Shown: positions 27,442-37,105, numbered from the stretch's first letter. The stretch: 64,000 bases of DNA from Terriglobia bacterium (GCA_963807055.1 CAWEAE010000005.1:101311-165310); one strand, 5' to 3'. Made by a program: numbers and translations. The notes: generated by a model not told the origin, from the letters alone.

Positions 27442-27687
27442 TCATGCTGGAGAACGCCAGGCCAAAAGCAGTAAAAGGAACGTCGCACAGACCAAACCGG
27501 CAAAAACTGTCAACCAGACGAGAGGAGTATATGAAGGCACGATGAACATAGTATGCGTAAAAGGAATGTCGATAAACCGGATGCAGACCCCATTCGACAG
27601 GAGCGCTTGACCGGGGAAGAGAGCCAAAGATAACAACCCAAGTGCAGCAACTAGCACGGAACTCTTCAGATATTTGTTTCTGTTCAT
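27442..27687 (-). CDS. small membrane protein, hypothetical
   Basis: 81 aa with two hydrophobic segments. Weak evidence only (ORF plus hydrophobicity). Confidence 0.35.
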   Translation of the reverse strand: MNRNKYLKSSVLVAALGLLSLALFPGQALLSNGVCIRFIDIPFTHTMFIVPSYTPLVWLTVFAGLVCATFLLLLLAWRSPA

Positions 27688-27880
27688 TTGTGTTAGCCCT
27701 TCAACCCAGTGATGCTACACCGACCTTTAAAATCTAGAGTTTTGCAATTGGCGGGCTAGTTGCTACGCGTCTCCCTTCGGGAATCTTAACCTCATCTGAA
27801 TTCACCAAAACTGCCCGCCATAACTGCATTTGCTACTCGCCCTGCGATACGTTCCGAAAGACTTCGCGAGCGACCGTATC

Positions 27881-30800
27881 ATGCGCCTGACTGCCCACCT
27901 CGTTCTGCTGTGCGTGTTCCCGTTTCTCCTCACTGTTGTACTTGCACAAGACGCCTCGACAGGCGCCATCCGCGGCACGGTTCATGATCCAACCCAGGCT
28001 CGTGTCGTTGGAGCCGGCGTGGTCGTCACCAACTTGCAAACGGGCCTGAAATACAACCTGGTGACTGATGACGCCGGCGTTTTTTCCGCGCAACTGCTGC
28101 CCCCTGGAGACTACGAATTCTTGGTCACCGCGCCTGGAATGACTCCCTACCGCGAGACCTCAATCCATGTGGATCTCGGAGCACTAGTGGAACTCGAGGC
28201 ACACCTGGTTTTGTCAAAGAGCACGACCCAACTGGAAGTCGCAGGAGACGCGCCTCTGGTAGAAACGCGATCAAGCGACGTAGCCAATGTGATCGACGAG
28301 AAGAGCATCGACAGCTTGCCGCTGAACGGACGCCGCTTCAGCGATCTCGCGCTTATGACGCCGGGCGTGAATCAGGATCCACGCGGGCTTACCTCGAGTT
28401 CGAACGGTGATCTCTCCGCCGGAGGCATTCGCGGTTTCCAGTCCAGCTTTCTCGTCGACGGAGCCGACAACAACAATGGTTTCTTCTCGCAGGCGCGCGG
28501 CCGCTATCGAGCCCCCTACCAGTTCAGCAACGACGTTGTGCAGGAGTTCCGTGTTTCCACCAACACCTACGGCGCCGAAACCGGACGCGCCGGAGCCGCC
28601 GTCATCAATGTCGTGACCAAGTCCGGTTCGAATACCTACCACGGTAAAGCTTTCTATTTTCTGCGCGACAGCACTCTGGGTGCGCAACCTGCCTATGTCG
28701 GTTTCAAGCCGGACGATCGCCAGCATCAGTTCGGAGCCACTCTTGGCGGTCCACTCGTGAAGAACCGGCTCTTCTTCTTCGCAGGATACGATCAGCACAT
28801 TTTTCGTGTGCCCACCGTGGTTCGTTTCACCGACGGAAGCGCTCAGCTCACTCCCACGGCTGCCGACTACGAGCTTTCCGATCGCAACCTGGTTTATGCT
28901 GCGGCCACATCCCTGTCTTCGCTTGCTGGAAACTACCGCTCGAGCCTGCTCGGCGACGCCCGATTCTTCAAAGTCGACTGGTCGCTCTCACGACGAAACT
29001 TACTTTCCGCCCGCATCAACACCTCACGCTACTACGGCGACAACAATATCTATTTCGATCCCGCCAGCCCGGTCACGCCCTACGGTCTCAGCGAGAACGG
29101 ACGCGAGAACGTGCACACGGAAACGGCGATGACCTCGCTGACCAGCACGCTCACCAACCGGCTCGTCAGCCATCTTCGTATGCAACTGTCGCACGACATC
29201 CAGGAGAGTACTCCGAACTCTTACTATCCACTGACCAAGGTCACCGACGTCATCGACGGATTTGGGCGCTCGCTGATCCTCCCGCGCCGCACGCGCGAAC
29301 TGAAGCTGCACTTGGCCGAAACGGTGAACGTCGAACAGCGCCGCCACTCGTGGAAAATCGGTGGGGACACAATGATCGAGCACCTCGCCAACTTCTTCCC
29401 TTCACAATTCGGCGGCGAATACATCTTCGACGACATCAAGGTGAATCCGTTCACCTTTGCGCCGCAACTCGCTGGCCTGCAACTCACCCCACTGCGCGCT
29501 TACGCGCACGATGTTCCGAAGTATTACATGCAGAACTTCGGCTCAGCCCTGACCTACCCCGACACCAATGAATACGCAGCCTTCCTGCAGGACACCATGC
29601 GTGCCGGCAACCACCTCGCCTTCACTATGGGCGTGCGCTACGACCTGCAGACATTCCGCACTAAGGATCTCGTTTCCGACACTGTTTACCCGGATTCGGG
29701 CCGCGTGCCCTACGACACCAACAATGTTTCGCCGCGCTTCGGTTTTGCGTATACCGTTGGCGACCAGAAACCATTCATCTTCCGTGGCGGCTACGGAATG
29801 TTCTACACGCGCATTCCCTCGATTTACACATCCGAAGTGCAACTCGAAAATGGCCTGAACTCTCAACATCTGTTCCTGAGCAACAACGACTTCTACGATC
29901 GTCAGATTTTCCCCGCGTACCCGAACCCCATTTCTTCCTGCGCAGCCGGCGCCTTCAGCTGCAAGGCTCCTGCTCAGGTAGCGGGCGCACTTACAACAGA
30001 AATCTCAGCTTTTTCACCTGACTTCCAAACTCCATTTGTGCAACAGGCCAGCTTCAGCATCGAGCGCGAGATCGCCGATCGCATCACGATCTCAGGGTCG
30101 TATCTCTACACACACGGGGAGCACCTGATCCGCGCGCGCGACGTGAACCTGCCGCCTCCCGTGCAGGTCACGTATCCGGTGTTCGATTCCAGTGGGCAGA
30201 ATTTGACCGGCTACTACACCGTCGATTCCTTCGCGACTTGGGAAACACAGCACACACTCGATTGCCCGTATCCACCGTGCGTTGGATCGGTTTCACGACC
30301 CATCCCGCAGTTGGGCAGCATCACTGTTTTCGAGAGCGCCGCTTCCAGTACGTACAACGGATTCTCATTCGCCGCGCAGCGTCGCTTCAGCAAGGGCTTC
30401 CATTTTCGACTAGGCTACACTTGGGCTAAAGCGATTGACGATGGACAGGACGCGCTTGTCGTCGGACGCCCAGCGACGATTCAGAATTCCTACGCGCCCA
30501 GTTCCGAACGCGGTGCGAGCGTCACCGACCAGCGAAATCGGTTCGTATTTTCGTTTATGGCACAGCCGCGTCTGTTTCATCGCGAGCACGCTTGGTTCGG
30601 AACTGTTTTCAACAACTGGAAATTTGCTGGTGTCACCACCTACGGCAGTGGCAGGCCCATCAATGCAACCATCACGGGCGACGCCAATCGTGACGGCAAC
30701 GACATGAACGATCGATTGCCGGGCGTAAGCCGGAACGCTTATGTAGGACCTGATTACTTCACCAGCGACTTACGTCTCTCCCGCCAATTTCCGCTTTCCG

Positions 30801-31036
30801 ACCGCATGAAAGTCGAGCTGCTGGCTGAGTCCTTCAATTTCACCAACCGCGACAACAAGCGCGTCGATATCACTGACGATGGCTTCGTCAATGCTGCTGG
30901 TCAATTCGTTCCCTACGACACAACTGTGAGCGGGAAACAATATCCGGCTTATTTTCTCGGATCTTCAAGCTTCCTCACTCCGAATAGTGCCTATGCACCT
31001 CGCCAGGTGCAGGTCGGAATTCGGTTCGCGTTTTGA
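27881..31036 (+). CDS. TonB-dependent receptor with an N-terminal carboxypeptidase-regulatory-like domain
   Basis: Signal peptide from the ATG at 27881, then GAIRGTVHDP....GAGVVVTN..TG......TDDAGVFS...LPPGDYEF (CarboxypepD_reg), a plug region (DSLPLNGRRFSDLALMTPGV) and a C-terminal beta-barrel ending in ...VGIRFAF. Confidence 0.85.
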   Translation: MRLTAHLVLLCVFPFLLTVVLAQDASTGAIRGTVHDPTQARVVGAGVVVTNLQTGLKYNLVTDDAGVFSAQLLPPGDYEFLVTAPGMTPYRETSIHVDLGALVELEAHLVLSKSTTQLEVAGDAPLVETRSSDVANVIDEKSIDSLPLNGRRFSDLALMTPGVNQDPRGLTSSSNGDLSAGGIRGFQSSFLVDGADNNNGFFSQARGRYRAPYQFSNDVVQEFRVSTNTYGAETGRAGAAVINVVTKSGSNTYHGKAFYFLRDSTLGAQPAYVGFKPDDRQHQFGATLGGPLVKNRLFFFAGYDQHIFRVPTVVRFTDGSAQLTPTAADYELSDRNLVYAAATSLSSLAGNYRSSLLGDARFFKVDWSLSRRNLLSARINTSRYYGDNNIYFDPASPVTPYGLSENGRENVHTETAMTSLTSTLTNRLVSHLRMQLSHDIQESTPNSYYPLTKVTDVIDGFGRSLILPRRTRELKLHLAETVNVEQRRHSWKIGGDTMIEHLANFFPSQFGGEYIFDDIKVNPFTFAPQLAGLQLTPLRAYAHDVPKYYMQNFGSALTYPDTNEYAAFLQDTMRAGNHLAFTMGVRYDLQTFRTKDLVSDTVYPDSGRVPYDTNNVSPRFGFAYTVGDQKPFIFRGGYGMFYTRIPSIYTSEVQLENGLNSQHLFLSNNDFYDRQIFPAYPNPISSCAAGAFSCKAPAQVAGALTTEISAFSPDFQTPFVQQASFSIEREIADRITISGSYLYTHGEHLIRARDVNLPPPVQVTYPVFDSSGQNLTGYYTVDSFATWETQHTLDCPYPPCVGSVSRPIPQLGSITVFESAASSTYNGFSFAAQRRFSKGFHFRLGYTWAKAIDDGQDALVVGRPATIQNSYAPSSERGASVTDQRNRFVFSFMAQPRLFHREHAWFGTVFNNWKFAGVTTYGSGRPINATITGDANRDGNDMNDRLPGVSRNAYVGPDYFTSDLRLSRQFPLSDRMKVELLAESFNFTNRDNKRVDITDDGFVNAAGQFVPYDTTVSGKQYPAYFLGSSSFLTPNSAYAPRQVQVGIRFAF

Positions 31037-31171
31037 CCGTCTATATTCTCCAGTCACCCCCGAATTTTCCTGTTTCAAAGTGAGATTCGCTATTCTTCCG
31101 CTTGACTTAGCCTGCGACGCCTGACAACCTAGAACCTGCCCGACCCGGGCTGGTTTGGGGGTGTCACCGGT

Positions 31172-31372
31172 TTGGCAGAAGTTCGTATGCAAGAGGGCGA
31201 GTCAGTAGACAACGCTCTCCGTAGGTTTAAGCGCAAGGTTCAGCAGGAAGACATCATCAAGGAAGTGAAGCGTCACTCCTATTACCTGAAACCGGGCGAG
31301 AAAAAGCGCGTGAAGGAAGCTGTGGCGCGCAAGCGTAGCCGCAAGAAGGCTCGCAAAGAACAGGATAACTAA
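31172..31372 (+). CDS. rpsU: 30S ribosomal protein S21
   Basis: (M)AEVRMQEGESVDNALRRFKRKVQQEDIIKEVKRHSYYLKPGEKKR. TTG start. Confidence 0.9.
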   Translation: MAEVRMQEGESVDNALRRFKRKVQQEDIIKEVKRHSYYLKPGEKKRVKEAVARKRSRKKARKEQDN

Positions 31373-31382
31373 CGTAAGACCA

Positions 31383-31424
31383 GGGGCCGCTCTTCGCTTC
31401 CTCGCAGCGGCCCTTCAATTTTCA
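31383..31424 (+). terminator. hairpin/terminator after rpsU
   Basis: GGGGCCGCT(31383-31391)...AGCGGCCC(31406-31413) followed by TTCAATTTT. Confidence 0.55.
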
Positions 31425-31628
31425 CCTGATTTTGTCGCTCGCATTCTGGGGCAGATTTCATAATCCGCAGTCAGTTGTTTTATACGGCATCATTGCGTGC
31501 TCCTCCTCGATGAGCACGTAAAAGGCAAGTAGATCCTGCAACCTCGGCGGTTCGTACGCAGTGCCGTCGTCTTCCAGCGTTGGGTTTGTGTTCGACCGCA
31601 GGGGCTCGGGGTTGAAGGGAGCTTTACC

Positions 31629-31937
31629 ATGGAATTCCAGGACAAGGTCTTGAAGTGCGTGGACTGCGGCGCGGACTTCATCTTTACCGCTGGGGAACAG
31701 CTGTTCTTTCACGACAAGCAGTTTAAGAACGAACCTAAACGTTGCAAGAATTGCAAAGCGAAGCGTGCTTCGTCTCTGGGGATTGCTGCTCCCGGCAATT
31801 ACGCAAAAACTGAGACCCGGACGAACTGCTCGCAATGCGGCAAGGAAACCACTGTCCCCTTTAAGCCAACACAAGGACGGCCGGTGTTTTGCCGTGAGTG
31901 CTTTCAGCAACGCAGAGCTACTGCTGCCACGGCCTAG
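31629..31937 (+). CDS. CxxC-x17-CxxC zinc-ribbon domain protein
   Basis: CVDC...CKNC followed by CSQCGKETTVPFKPTQGRPVFCREC (exact CxxC-x17-CxxC spacing). It has a long (~200 nt) structured-looking 5' leader. Confidence 0.8.
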   Translation: MEFQDKVLKCVDCGADFIFTAGEQLFFHDKQFKNEPKRCKNCKAKRASSLGIAAPGNYAKTETRTNCSQCGKETTVPFKPTQGRPVFCRECFQQRRATAATA

Positions 31938-32077
31938 CCGGCGGCAGCTGCAGCCACGTAAGTAGGAGTGAGCTCAACTGGTGGGACAGGTTTCCTCCCC
32001 AACGGAACCGAGGGCCAAAGCTGTAGGTTTTCGCTTCGTGGACCCTTCCAGGTAGGTCTCAGCCGGCAAACGTGTAT

Positions 32078-32527
32078 CTAAACAACTTTCTTGGCGCGCG
32101 CTGCCACTCCGTTACGACTGGCAGCCGTAGCCTTCAGCGCGGTCGTGTGCGCCTGCTTGTCATCTTCATGCTGCACCAGCAGAGCTTCAAGCTGCCGTAG
32201 CAAGTCGTTCGCATTCATTGGCTTCACCAGCAACGACTCCGCTCCCTGGCTGTGCCAGTCGGTGCCCAGCGAAGGATACGCGGTCAAAATCGCTGTCGCC
32301 GGATTGTACGCTTGCTTCCGTGCGGCACGAATCACGTCGTAACCAGACGTCTCATTTTCCATCCGCATGTCCGTGATCACCATGTGGAAGCTGTTTCCCG
32401 ACAGCTTCTTCTCGGCTTCTTTCGCGGAAGCGGCTGTCTCTACCTCGAACCCATTCATTTCCAGAATTGCCCGTAACGTGAGCAAGATCGCTAATTCGTC
32501 GTCCACCACAAGGATGCGACGTTTCAT
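32078..32527 (-). CDS. single-domain response regulator (CheY-like)
   Basis: RILVVDDELAILLTLRAILE...HMVITDMRM...AILTAYP...LVKP shows canonical receiver residues. Confidence 0.85.
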   Translation of the reverse strand: MKRRILVVDDELAILLTLRAILEMNGFEVETAASAKEAEKKLSGNSFHMVITDMRMENETSGYDVIRAARKQAYNPATAILTAYPSLGTDWHSQGAESLLVKPMNANDLLRQLEALLVQHEDDKQAHTTALKATAASRNGVAARAKKVV

Positions 32528-32671
32528 TGAATTTCCTCCCGGGAGATTACAGAAGAGAAGCGAACGTTCCAGCTTTGATGCAACTTCAAGCAGAGTAGTT
32601 GGATGACTACTCAGCTGAAATTGTCCATGTCTGGAAAGTACCCACTCTTACGGTCAGTATAATGAATTTTC

Positions 32672-34030
32672 GTGGCTTCGTTTTTTGTGGAAAACTTCGG
32701 ATGTCGTGCCACTCAGGCCGATGGCGCCGCTATTGAGCGCCAGATGCTTGAGCGCGGTCTTGCGCGCGCTGAAGCCGCTGCTCAGGCCCAGGTCGTTGTC
32801 CTGAACACCTGCACCGTCACCGCCTCTGCCGACCAGGACGTTCGCAGTTCTATCCGGCGCATCCATCGTGACAATCCCGGCTGCCAGATCGTCGTCACTG
32901 GCTGTTACGCCCAGCGCGCCCCCGAAGAGCTGGCGAAAATTCCAGGCGTTACCTGGGTAGTTGGAAATTCCCATAAACATGCCATCGCGGAAGTGACCTG
33001 CAATTCTGCTCCGGCTAACGGTTTCGTTCCGCTCGAATCGTTCCCCGCGCCTCAAGGTCAGATTCTCGTCGGCGACATCTTCGCCCATACCGAACTCCTC
33101 GCCGCTCCCGTCTTCGACGCCGACACGGCTTCCGAGAAGACTCGTCCCAACCTGAAGGTCCAGGATGGCTGCAATAATCGGTGCTCCTTCTGCATCATCC
33201 CCAGCGTTCGCGGACGCAGCCGTTCCCTTGCTTTGGACGAAGTGGTTCGCGAAGTGAATGCCCTTGTGGATCAGGGCTATCGGGAATTGGTGATCTCCGG
33301 CATTAACCTCGGCCGCTGGGGACGTGACCTTTCTCAACCCGGCAAGTTTGCGGCGCTGCTCCGCGCCATTCTCGATCGCACCAGCTTGGAACGTCTACGC
33401 ATCAGCTCCGTCGAGCCGATGGACTGGACCGACGAAGTCATCAGCATCGTTTCGTCCTCCGATCGAATCGCCAATCACGCGCATGTGCCGATGCAATCGG
33501 GCAGCGACCTCGTTTTGCGACTCATGCACCGCAAGTACCGACCCTGGCACTATGCTGACAAGATCCGCAAGCTCCGCGCCGCTATGCCGTCAGCCGCGAT
33601 CGGCGCCGATGTCATGGTCGGCTTTCCGGGCGAAACGGAGGCTGATTTCGAGGAGACTCGTACGCTCATTGCCGAGCTGCCGTTCACCTATTTACACGTT
33701 TTCACCTATTCGGCGCGTCCAGGAACGCCAGCGGCCGCAATGCCCAATCAGGTCGCCGTCCCGGTCGCTCGCGAGCGCAATCGGACTCTCCGTGAGTTAA
33801 TCCAGGAAAAGAAGCTCGCTTTCCAGCAAACGTTTATCGGAAAGCCCATCTCCACCATCACCCTGACCCATTTCGACGGACACCACACGGAAACGCTCAC
33901 CGATAATTACCAGAAGCTTTTCGTTTCCGGATGTCACCAGGCCAACCAGATCAGTCTGGCTGTCGTCGAATCCGTCAGCACGGAAGGCATGTTCGGAACC
34001 TTCGTGGCCCGGGCACCTTGGCCCGCGTGA
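32672..34030 (+). CDS. mtaB: tRNA methylthiotransferase, MiaB/MtaB family (radical SAM, UPF0004 plus TRAM)
   Basis: FFVENFGCRATQAD...VVLNTCTVT...KVQDGCNNRCSFCIIPSVRG. GTG start at 32672. Confidence 0.8.
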   Translation: MASFFVENFGCRATQADGAAIERQMLERGLARAEAAAQAQVVVLNTCTVTASADQDVRSSIRRIHRDNPGCQIVVTGCYAQRAPEELAKIPGVTWVVGNSHKHAIAEVTCNSAPANGFVPLESFPAPQGQILVGDIFAHTELLAAPVFDADTASEKTRPNLKVQDGCNNRCSFCIIPSVRGRSRSLALDEVVREVNALVDQGYRELVISGINLGRWGRDLSQPGKFAALLRAILDRTSLERLRISSVEPMDWTDEVISIVSSSDRIANHAHVPMQSGSDLVLRLMHRKYRPWHYADKIRKLRAAMPSAAIGADVMVGFPGETEADFEETRTLIAELPFTYLHVFTYSARPGTPAAAMPNQVAVPVARERNRTLRELIQEKKLAFQQTFIGKPISTITLTHFDGHHTETLTDNYQKLFVSGCHQANQISLAVVESVSTEGMFGTFVARAPWPA

Positions 34031-34045
34031 GGCAAAAGTCCTGGC

Positions 34046-34080
34046 TTGTCATCATGAGCCGCGCAGCGGCGAGGGATCTG
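34046..34080 (+). repeat. REP-like repeat family 1, copy 1
   Basis: TTGTCATCATGAGCCGCGCAGCGGCGAGGGATCTG, 16 nt after the mtaB stop. It contains the hairpin GCCGC-GCA-GCGGC. Confidence 0.8.
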
Positions 34081-34140
34081 GATTCGACGGAAAAGGTCTC
34101 TTCCGCGTTGCTATGACGGTCTCGTCATATTCCCCTAACA

Positions 34141-34149
34141 TGCTATAAT
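34141..34149 (+). promoter_or_regulatory. candidate extended -10 element TGCTATAAT upstream of infC
   Basis: Perfect TATAAT with an upstream TG, 33 nt before the proposed infC start. No convincing -35 was seen. Confidence 0.25.
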
Positions 34150-34181
34150 TTCAAAGCTTTTAGAGTTGTTCGGAGGATGGT

Positions 34182-34871
34182 ATCGACAAGAGATTTATTC
34201 GCACCAATGATCGCATTCGCGTACGTGAAATCCGCGTAATCGATGATGAAAGCAATCAGCTCGGGGTGATGACCCCGCAGGATGCGCTCAAAATCGCCCG
34301 GGAACGTAACATGGATCTAGTGGAGGTCTCGCCCACGGCGCAGCCTCCCGTCTGCCGGATCATGGATTTCGGCAAGTACCTCTACCAGCAGGAGAAGAGG
34401 GAACGCGAAGCCAAGAAGCACCAGAAAGTCATCACCGTCAAGGAAGTGAAGTTTCGTATTAACGTGGACGACCACGATTACGAGACCAAAAAGAATCATG
34501 CACTTCGTTTCCTTGAAGAAGGTGACAAGGTCAAGGCCACCATCTTCTTCCGCGGTCGCGAAATGACCCGGACAGGCCTTGGACGTGAGTTGCTGCAGCG
34601 GCTGATCAAAGATATCGGGAATCGTGCGATCGTCGAGAACATGCCCCGGCAGGAAGGCAACACCCTGCACGCCATTCTGGCCCCTCCGAAGACGGATAAA
34701 GCCAAGACGACTGGTGGCAGCGGTGGCGGACAGAAGCAGGCACCGCGTGCGGGCGGCCAGCAACAGCAGCCTCCGAAACAAGGCGGCGGCGTAGCCGCGA
34801 GTGCAGCGCCGCAGCAGGCGACCACGCAGCAGGCCACCGGAACCACCGGCACCGGCTCGCCGAACCAGTAG
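34182..34871 (+). CDS. infC: translation initiation factor IF-3, proposed non-canonical ATC (34182) or ATT (34197) start
   Basis: The conserved N-terminal residues [24 protein letters not shown] are encoded in frame upstream of the first canonical start (GTG 34266). No ATG, GTG or TTG occurs between the in-frame stop at 34161-34163 and 34266. GGAGGA lies at 34172-34177. The rest reads [15 protein letters not shown]...FFRGREM. Confidence 0.85.
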   Translation: MDKRFIRTNDRIRVREIRVIDDESNQLGVMTPQDALKIARERNMDLVEVSPTAQPPVCRIMDFGKYLYQQEKREREAKKHQKVITVKEVKFRINVDDHDYETKKNHALRFLEEGDKVKATIFFRGREMTRTGLGRELLQRLIKDIGNRAIVENMPRQEGNTLHAILAPPKTDKAKTTGGSGGGQKQAPRAGGQQQQPPKQGGGVAASAAPQQATTQQATGTTGTGSPNQ

Positions 34872-34880
34872 TCTTCGGCG

Positions 34881-34918
34881 TTGTCATCACGAGCCGCGCA
34901 GCGGCGAGGGATCTGCAT
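34881..34918 (+). repeat. REP-like repeat family 1, copy 2
   Basis: TTGTCATCACGAGCCGCGCAGCGGCGAGGGATCTGCAT, 10 nt after the infC stop. Confidence 0.8.
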
Positions 34919-35011
34919 TTACCAGTGCGCGCAGCGCACGTTTGAGAGTAGCCTGGGGCGAAGTCCTGGGTCCGAGAATTAGTCTGCTCTCCTCTCAGTT
35001 CAGAACAGATT

Positions 35012-35039
35012 TGATCGCAACGGCGAAGTTCTGCGATCA
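35012..35039 (+). promoter_or_regulatory. stem-loop in the rpmI leader (possible translational operator)
   Basis: TGATCGCA(35012-35019)/TGCGATCA(35032-35039): 8-bp perfect stem, 12-nt loop, 22 nt upstream of the rpmI ATG. Confidence 0.3.
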
Positions 35040-35061
35040 TGTAGTACGTAGAAGGGACGTT

Positions 35062-35256
35062 ATGCCGAAACTGAAAACACATAGTGGCGCCGCCAAGCGC
35101 TTCAAGAAGACGGGCACCGGCAAAGTAAAGCGCGGTCACGCCTTCGCGCGCCACATTCTGACCTCGAAGGACACCAAGAAGAAACGTCACCTCGACAAGG
35201 ACACCATCCTTGCCAAGGCCGACGAGAAAAAAGTCCTTCGCATGATTCCGTACTAA
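35062..35256 (+). CDS. rpmI: 50S ribosomal protein L35
   Basis: [36 protein letters not shown]... Confidence 0.93.
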   Translation: MPKLKTHSGAAKRFKKTGTGKVKRGHAFARHILTSKDTKKKRHLDKDTILAKADEKKVLRMIPY

Positions 35257-35397
35257 CTGTCGGTCGTCGAGAGTCGTTTGTCGTTCGCGGGTTTTGCCTA
35301 CGACCAATGACCATCGACTAAGGACTGACAAGCGAGTGAAGAGGCGGCCTCAACTCCTGCCTCCAGCCGCACAACGAAACACGAAAAAGGAGAAGCA

Positions 35398-35754
35398 ATG
35401 CCTCGCGTAAAACGTGGAACTAAACGTCGTGCCAAGCGCAAAAAGATATTAGATCGCGCAAGTGGCTATTTCTTAACAAAGTCAAAACTGTACCGCTCAG
35501 CGAAAGAGTCGGTTGAGCGCGGACTGAAGTTCGCCTACGCCGGACGCCGCCAGAAGAAGCGCCAGTTCCGCTCGCTGTGGATCGTGCGCATCAACGCCGC
35601 CGCCAACGAGAACGGCCTCAGCTACAGCAAGTTCATCAGCGGCCTGAAGAAGGCCGGCGTCGAACTCGACCGCAAGATCCTGGCCGACCTCGCCGTGAAC
35701 GATAGCGCCGGATTTAAGGCTCTCGCCGAACAGGCCAAGACCGCCTTAGCGTAA
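35398..35754 (+). CDS. rplT: 50S ribosomal protein L20
   Basis: [25 protein letters not shown]...[20 protein letters not shown]. Confidence 0.95.
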   Translation: MPRVKRGTKRRAKRKKILDRASGYFLTKSKLYRSAKESVERGLKFAYAGRRQKKRQFRSLWIVRINAAANENGLSYSKFISGLKKAGVELDRKILADLAVNDSAGFKALAEQAKTALA

Positions 35755-35777
35755 AGTTCAAAATCAGCCACTGATTT

Positions 35778-35838
35778 GCACGGATCAACGCGGATTGACT
35801 ACCGTTATTGATCCGTGTGAATCCGTGTAGATCCGTGG
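35778..35838. repeat. GATCCGTG-type repeat cluster (inverted pair plus 3 tandem 10-mers)
   Basis: GCACGGATCAA(35778-35788) pairs with TTGATCCGTGT(35808-35818). It is followed by GAATCCGTGT and AGATCCGTGG in tandem. A separate small hairpin AAATCAG-CCA-CTGATTT lies at 35761-35777. Confidence 0.65.
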
Positions 35839-35849
35839 CAAAAGATCTT

Positions 35850-36944
35850 ATGTACACGGTTCCCCAACTCGAAGACTATTCGCCCGAAGCGCTCGATCGT
35901 GCCGTTGCCGATCTCATGGCGGCGCTCGAATCGGAATCGCAGTCCGTTGCCGACGAAAATCAGTGGAAAGAATTCCGCGATCGCTGGATGGCGCGCAAGA
36001 ACGGCGTCCTCACCCAGATCAATGATTCCTGGCTGAAGGCTGCACCCGGTCCGCAGAAGCGTGAGGTCGGCAAACGGGTCAACGAACTCAAGAGCAGCGT
36101 CGAGCAGAAGGTCGAATCGGCGCATGAAGCGCTTGCCGGAGCATCGAGTGATCAGCGCCTCGCAGCCGAGCGCATCGACATCACCCTCCCCGGCATCCGC
36201 CGCCCCTTGGGCGCGCAACATCCCGTCATCCGTACCATGAACGAGATCGTCGCGGTCTTCAAGGCGATGGGCTACTCCATCGGTACCGGACCCGAGATTG
36301 AGACCGATTACTACAACTTCGAGTCGCTCAACTTCCCGCCGAACCATCCGGCGCGCGACATGCAGGACACCATCTTCCTCGCCGGGCAGGAGCAGAAGCA
36401 GCAGCGCGATCGCCTCCTACTGCGCACGCATACCTCGCCAGTGCAGATTCGCACCATGGAGAAGCAGAAACCGCCGGTGCGCATCGTCATCCCCGGCCGC
36501 GTCTACCGGAACGACGCGCCTGACGCGACGCACTCGCCCATGTTCCACCAGGTCGAGGGGCTCGCCGTCGATACCAACATCACCTTCTGCGACCTCAAGG
36601 GCACCCTCGATCACGCCATGAAGTCGCTGTTCGGATCGAGCGTGAAGACGCGCTTCAAACCGTCGTTCTTCCCTTTCACCGAGCCAAGCGCGGAAGTGAT
36701 GATCAGCTGCCCGTTCTGTGGACAGAAGGGCTGCCGCGTGTGCAAGCAAAGCGGATGGATCGAAATGCTGGGCTCAGGCATGGTAGACCCGGCCCTTTAC
36801 GGTTTTGTGGATTATGATCCGGCAAAAGTCAGCGGCTTCGCGTTCGGGATGGGCGTCGATCGCCTCGCCGCGATGAAGTATGGCGTGGACGACATCCAAC
36901 TGTACTTCGAAGGCGACACGCGATTCCTGCGCCAGTTCGCTTAA
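35850..36944 (+). CDS. pheS: phenylalanine--tRNA ligase alpha subunit
   Basis: HPVIRTMNEIVAVFKAMGY...NFPPNHPARDMQDTIF...LLRTHTSPVQIR...FHQVEG...GFAFGMGVDRLAM. ATG at 35850. Confidence 0.93.
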   Translation: MYTVPQLEDYSPEALDRAVADLMAALESESQSVADENQWKEFRDRWMARKNGVLTQINDSWLKAAPGPQKREVGKRVNELKSSVEQKVESAHEALAGASSDQRLAAERIDITLPGIRRPLGAQHPVIRTMNEIVAVFKAMGYSIGTGPEIETDYYNFESLNFPPNHPARDMQDTIFLAGQEQKQQRDRLLLRTHTSPVQIRTMEKQKPPVRIVIPGRVYRNDAPDATHSPMFHQVEGLAVDTNITFCDLKGTLDHAMKSLFGSSVKTRFKPSFFPFTEPSAEVMISCPFCGQKGCRVCKQSGWIEMLGSGMVDPALYGFVDYDPAKVSGFAFGMGVDRLAAMKYGVDDIQLYFEGDTRFLRQFA

Positions 36945-36950
36945 GGGTGC

Positions 36951-36981
36951 CCGGTCCTTTCCTTCTGTTGGAAAGGGCCGG
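36951..36981 (+). terminator. strong hairpin directly after pheS (no T-run)
   Basis: CCGGTCCTTTCC-TTCTGTT-GGAAAGGGCCGG: a 12-bp stem with one G.U pair. Confidence 0.4.
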
Positions 36982-37026
36982 ACCATGCGCCCCGACCGCA
37001 CCGGAATCGCGGATAAGTATTTTTGG

Positions 37027-37064
37027 TTGTCATCACGAGCCGCGCAGCGGCGAGGGATCTGCAT
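37027..37064 (+). repeat. REP-like repeat family 1, copy 3
   Basis: TTGTCATCACGAGCCGCGCAGCGGCGAGGGATCTGCAT. Confidence 0.8.
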
Positions 37065-37105
37065 TTCATTTCACGCACGCGAAGCGGCAGCTCCCGAGAA
37101 ATATT

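Noticed and set aside
31458-31910. 150-aa minus-strand ORF.
   Set aside because: It is antisense to the CxxC-x17-CxxC zinc-ribbon gene, which has exact motif spacing, and to that gene's leader.
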